This document shows, in pieces, positions 60,901-64,000 of a DNA stretch of 64,000 bases. Every line of letters begins with the position of its first letter. Position 1 is the stretch's first letter. The stretch lies in NCBI RefSeq assembly GCF_009914755.1, contig NC_060932.1, one strand, 5' to 3'. The position numbers were made by a program, and so were the translations under genes. The notes under the pieces are model-generated. The model was given only the letters and a program-made list of their open reading frames with translations, searched no databases and was not told where the DNA came from. Source of the DNA: the human T2T-CHM13v2.0 reference genome, Homo sapiens.

Positions 60901-61968
60901 TTATAATTCAGATTTCTAGCAAAGTTGCCATTGTACAAATATGAATGTTACTGAATGTGGGAGGGTAGGGGTAAAAAAATTAGAAGTCTTTCATTTTGTT
61001 TTATTTGTGTATATTTTAAAAGTTGACTAATAGAATTTTCAAAGAATTAACATTGCCCCAATGCCCTGTTCTTCTTGGAGGTAGTTTTCATATCATTTGT
61101 GTGTCTAAAAGGAGCATTTTAATCTGTTTTGTTATGATTTTGGGTTTTTTTGTTTGTTTGTTTTTTGGGTTTTTTTTGAAAAAAACAAAAAAAAAAACCG
61201 GAGATTATGGTCATGCCAATTATAATTGAATAGCCACAGGAGCATTAAAGAAAGTTGTTGAGTTGTTGTCCAAAGATGTCAAAAGTCAGAAAAAATTCTA
61301 TACAATACTGAAATATTGGATTACTTTTTAAAATTCCATTTTAAGAACAAATATAATTTTATTTCATTTTGAAATAAACTATCCAGCCAATATCTAGAAT
61401 GTATAATTTGGTAATATTACTTTCTAAATGGTATATAAACCATATATAATTTATGGTCTTGTTTGTTCAGAAACTCATTTTCCTAAACACGATGAAATTT
61501 ATAAGTTTGGTAGACTTTTAAATAGAATACTTCTGAAATTGTTTTATATGCTTGGAGTTTGAAAACTTGAATAGCTGAATGAAACTATTTTATGAGATCT
61601 GATGGAAGAAGCTGACGTTAGTGTGAACATCTTCAGGAATTCTTAAAAGAATTGCACAAGAATTTTAGGTTTAAATTTGAAAATGGTTTGTTACCTAAAA
61701 CAGATTTTGACACTGTTCAGTAGTTAATTGAAAATAATCAAGTAATTATTATAACTTAAAGTTATTCTAATAGATGTGGCATTTTGGTTAGTTCTATATA
61801 ATGAGATGCAGTAAGTTTATTTCAGAAAGGAATCATCTGAAGCAGCAGCTTTTTTCATGAAAAGTCTTTACCACTCAATTTTAAGTTAGTGTTCTATACA
61901 TAACTTCTAGTTGTATGGAAGAGGTTATTCCTAGTGTTATACTTTGTAACAAGCCTGTTATTATGTAG

Positions 61969-62072
61969 TTGGCCTTGGCAGAATTGTATGAAGATGAAGT
62001 GAAGTGCAAATCTTCCAAGTCTAATAGACCTAAAGCCACAGTCTTCAAGAGCCCACGGACACCACCTCAACG
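61969..62072 (+). CDS. UBXN2B: UBXN2B coding exon 2 (gene continues beyond the window)
   Basis: Acceptor ttatgtag|TTG and donor CG|GTAAGT. 104 nt read LALAELYEDEVKCKSSKSNRPKATVFKSPRTPPQ(R), in frame with exon 1 and matching the recalled UBXN2B sequence. Confidence 0.93.
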
Positions 62073-62369
62073 GTAAGTTTTATTTTGTTTTGTTGTAAAA
62101 AGAAATTATAATCCTTTCTAAAAATTTACTAACTTCAAATTATTTTAAATGGCCTTCTTCAAGGTTTCTTCAATAATTTTTAAAAATTATTATTCCAAGA
62201 TCGAGGCAGATTTGGATAAAAAATAGAAATGATTAATATCATTTAGGTACTATTAAAACTTTTACAATCAGAAAGCCAAAAGAAACTTACGGAAAAATTA
62301 CCTTAAAATACCTAATATTTTGGTAGATATCATATGAAATTATATCCTGAATACTATTTTTCTTGGGCA

Positions 62370-62552
62370 CAATGGTTCTTTAATATTTTTTGAGTCATAG
62401 GACTCATTAAGGGTCTGATGAAAGCTATAGAATTCTCCTCTCAAAACAACTTTCATGTGCAAGTTTGTCATTCGTTTTTAAGGATATGTGTGTTTCTTGA
62501 AGCCACTCCATGGAGCCTCTGCAGGTCTTTTGTCCTCCATTTAAGAATCTAT
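62370..62552 (+). mobile_element. MER117-like hAT MITE
   Basis: ggttctttaat...tctgatgaaagctatag...ccatgga...ttaagaatc. Confidence 0.55.
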
Positions 62553-63075
62553 GATTTTTGAAGTCTGTCTCTTCTTCCTTTGGGTGATGATTCCTCTAAT
62601 GTGTGACCTCCTAAATAGTATTTGTTGTTATTAAAATCCCTGAAGTATAAAAACAACCAACTGTGAAGACTTAAGAGATGAGAACCAGGTGTCTTTTATT
62701 GCTGTGAGTTTTCTTGTTGCCAGGAATATTTTCATTAACATCTTTTTAGTACTGTAAATACCATCCCTGGGGAAGAAACGTCAGTTTTCCCATTATATCT
62801 TATTCTCAGAAAGTCTATTTTATAAGTTTTCAGTTCATCAAAAAGCAAGACTAGTAGAGTAAATACTGTGTTTACTTCACCTATATTCACCAAGTTGGTA
62901 CAATGTTACATTGAACTTGTGCACGCATGTATTCTCTCTCTCTTTTTTACTCAACTATTTGAAAGGAAATTGTAGCCATCATGACACTTCACCTCTAGAT
63001 ACTTCAGCATGAGTCTCCCGAGAAGAAGCACACACTTGCAAAATTGATAACACCTTACAAAATTAATAGTAATTC

Positions 63076-63380
63076 AGGCGGGGAGTGGTGGCTTATGCCT
63101 GTAATCCCAGCACTTTAGGTGGGCCAAGGTGGGCAGATCACTTGAGGTCAGGAGTTCAAGACCAGCCTGGCCAACATGGCAAAACCCCATCTCTCCTAAA
63201 AATACAGAAATTAGCTGGGCATGGTGGCACGAGCCTATAATTCCAGCTACTTGGGAGGCTGAGGCACAAGAATCGCCTGATCTTGGGAGGCAGAAGTTGC
63301 AGAGAGCCGAGATGGCGCGACTGCACTCCAGCCTGAATGATGGAGAAGGACTCTGTCTCCAAAAAAAAAAAAAAAAAAAA
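63076..63380 (+). mobile_element. AluS inside an ancient antisense L1M fragment
   Basis: Dimeric Alu, long poly(A), and a perfect 17-bp TSD AAAATTAATAGTAATTC at 63059-63075 and 63381-63397. Confidence 0.92.
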
Positions 63381-64000
63381 AAAATTAATAGTAATTCTGT
63401 GATGCCATTTAATATATAGTTAGTAGTCACATATCTCTTATAGCTTTTTCTTTGGATTTAGGATTCAACTGAGGACATTGCATTGCATTTAATTATTCCT
63501 GTTTTGAATTTCTGAATACACAGAACTCTTCCCACCTTTTTATTGTTGTTTTTAGCTCAGCTACATAATCTAAAATTTATTATGTTGACTTTTTTAGAGA
63601 GTCTAGGCCAGATGTCTTATAAAATGTCTAACATTGTAGATCACTGTTTCCTCATGATTAGATTTTTATTAGAATTTTTGTCGGGTATGCTAGATAAGTG
63701 ATATTGTCTGCTATTTATTACATGACAACAGGAGTCATAATTTCAGGATTTTCCACCATTAGTGATATGTTCATTTGGTTAAGGTGCTGACCACCACAGC
63801 ACTCCATTGTAAGATACTGTGTGTCCTTTGTAATCAGCAGTTTGGTATCTTGACACTAGTTGAACATCCTATTCTTTCATTTAATTCTTACCTTTATACA
63901 TATAAAATACTGTATTTTTAGCTGCTTCTTTAATTTGTATATTCTCCCAAGTCTTGAAAGTACTTAATATGTATCTCTGTACTTGCATTTTACTCACTAT

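Overview
This is primate, almost certainly human, genomic DNA. About 56 kb of repeat-dominated intergenic sequence is followed by the CpG-island promoter and first two coding exons of UBXN2B (p37, a p97/VCP cofactor) on the + strand: exon 1 CDS 56505-56588 and exon 2 61969-62072. The upstream region holds an old near-full-length L1MA-type LINE with nested insertions, a full-length but ORF1/ORF2-disrupted L1PA2/3 whose antisense ORF0 is still open, many Alus including a young AluYd8, MaLR solo LTRs and DNA-transposon relics. I see no new multi-gene system, and most listed ORFs are LINE/Alu fragments or noise. The best leads are: a 73-nt candidate poison exon in UBXN2B intron 1 that is one base away from an in-frame 24-codon cassette; a palindromic RFX X-box in the promoter; an orphan CpG-rich patch with a nearby strong CTCF site 14-16 kb upstream; and several retrotransposition oddities (triple nesting, a 3' transduction, an inverted L1 with an extra templated segment). 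Repeat subfamily names come from recalled consensus sequences, not from a RepeatMasker run.
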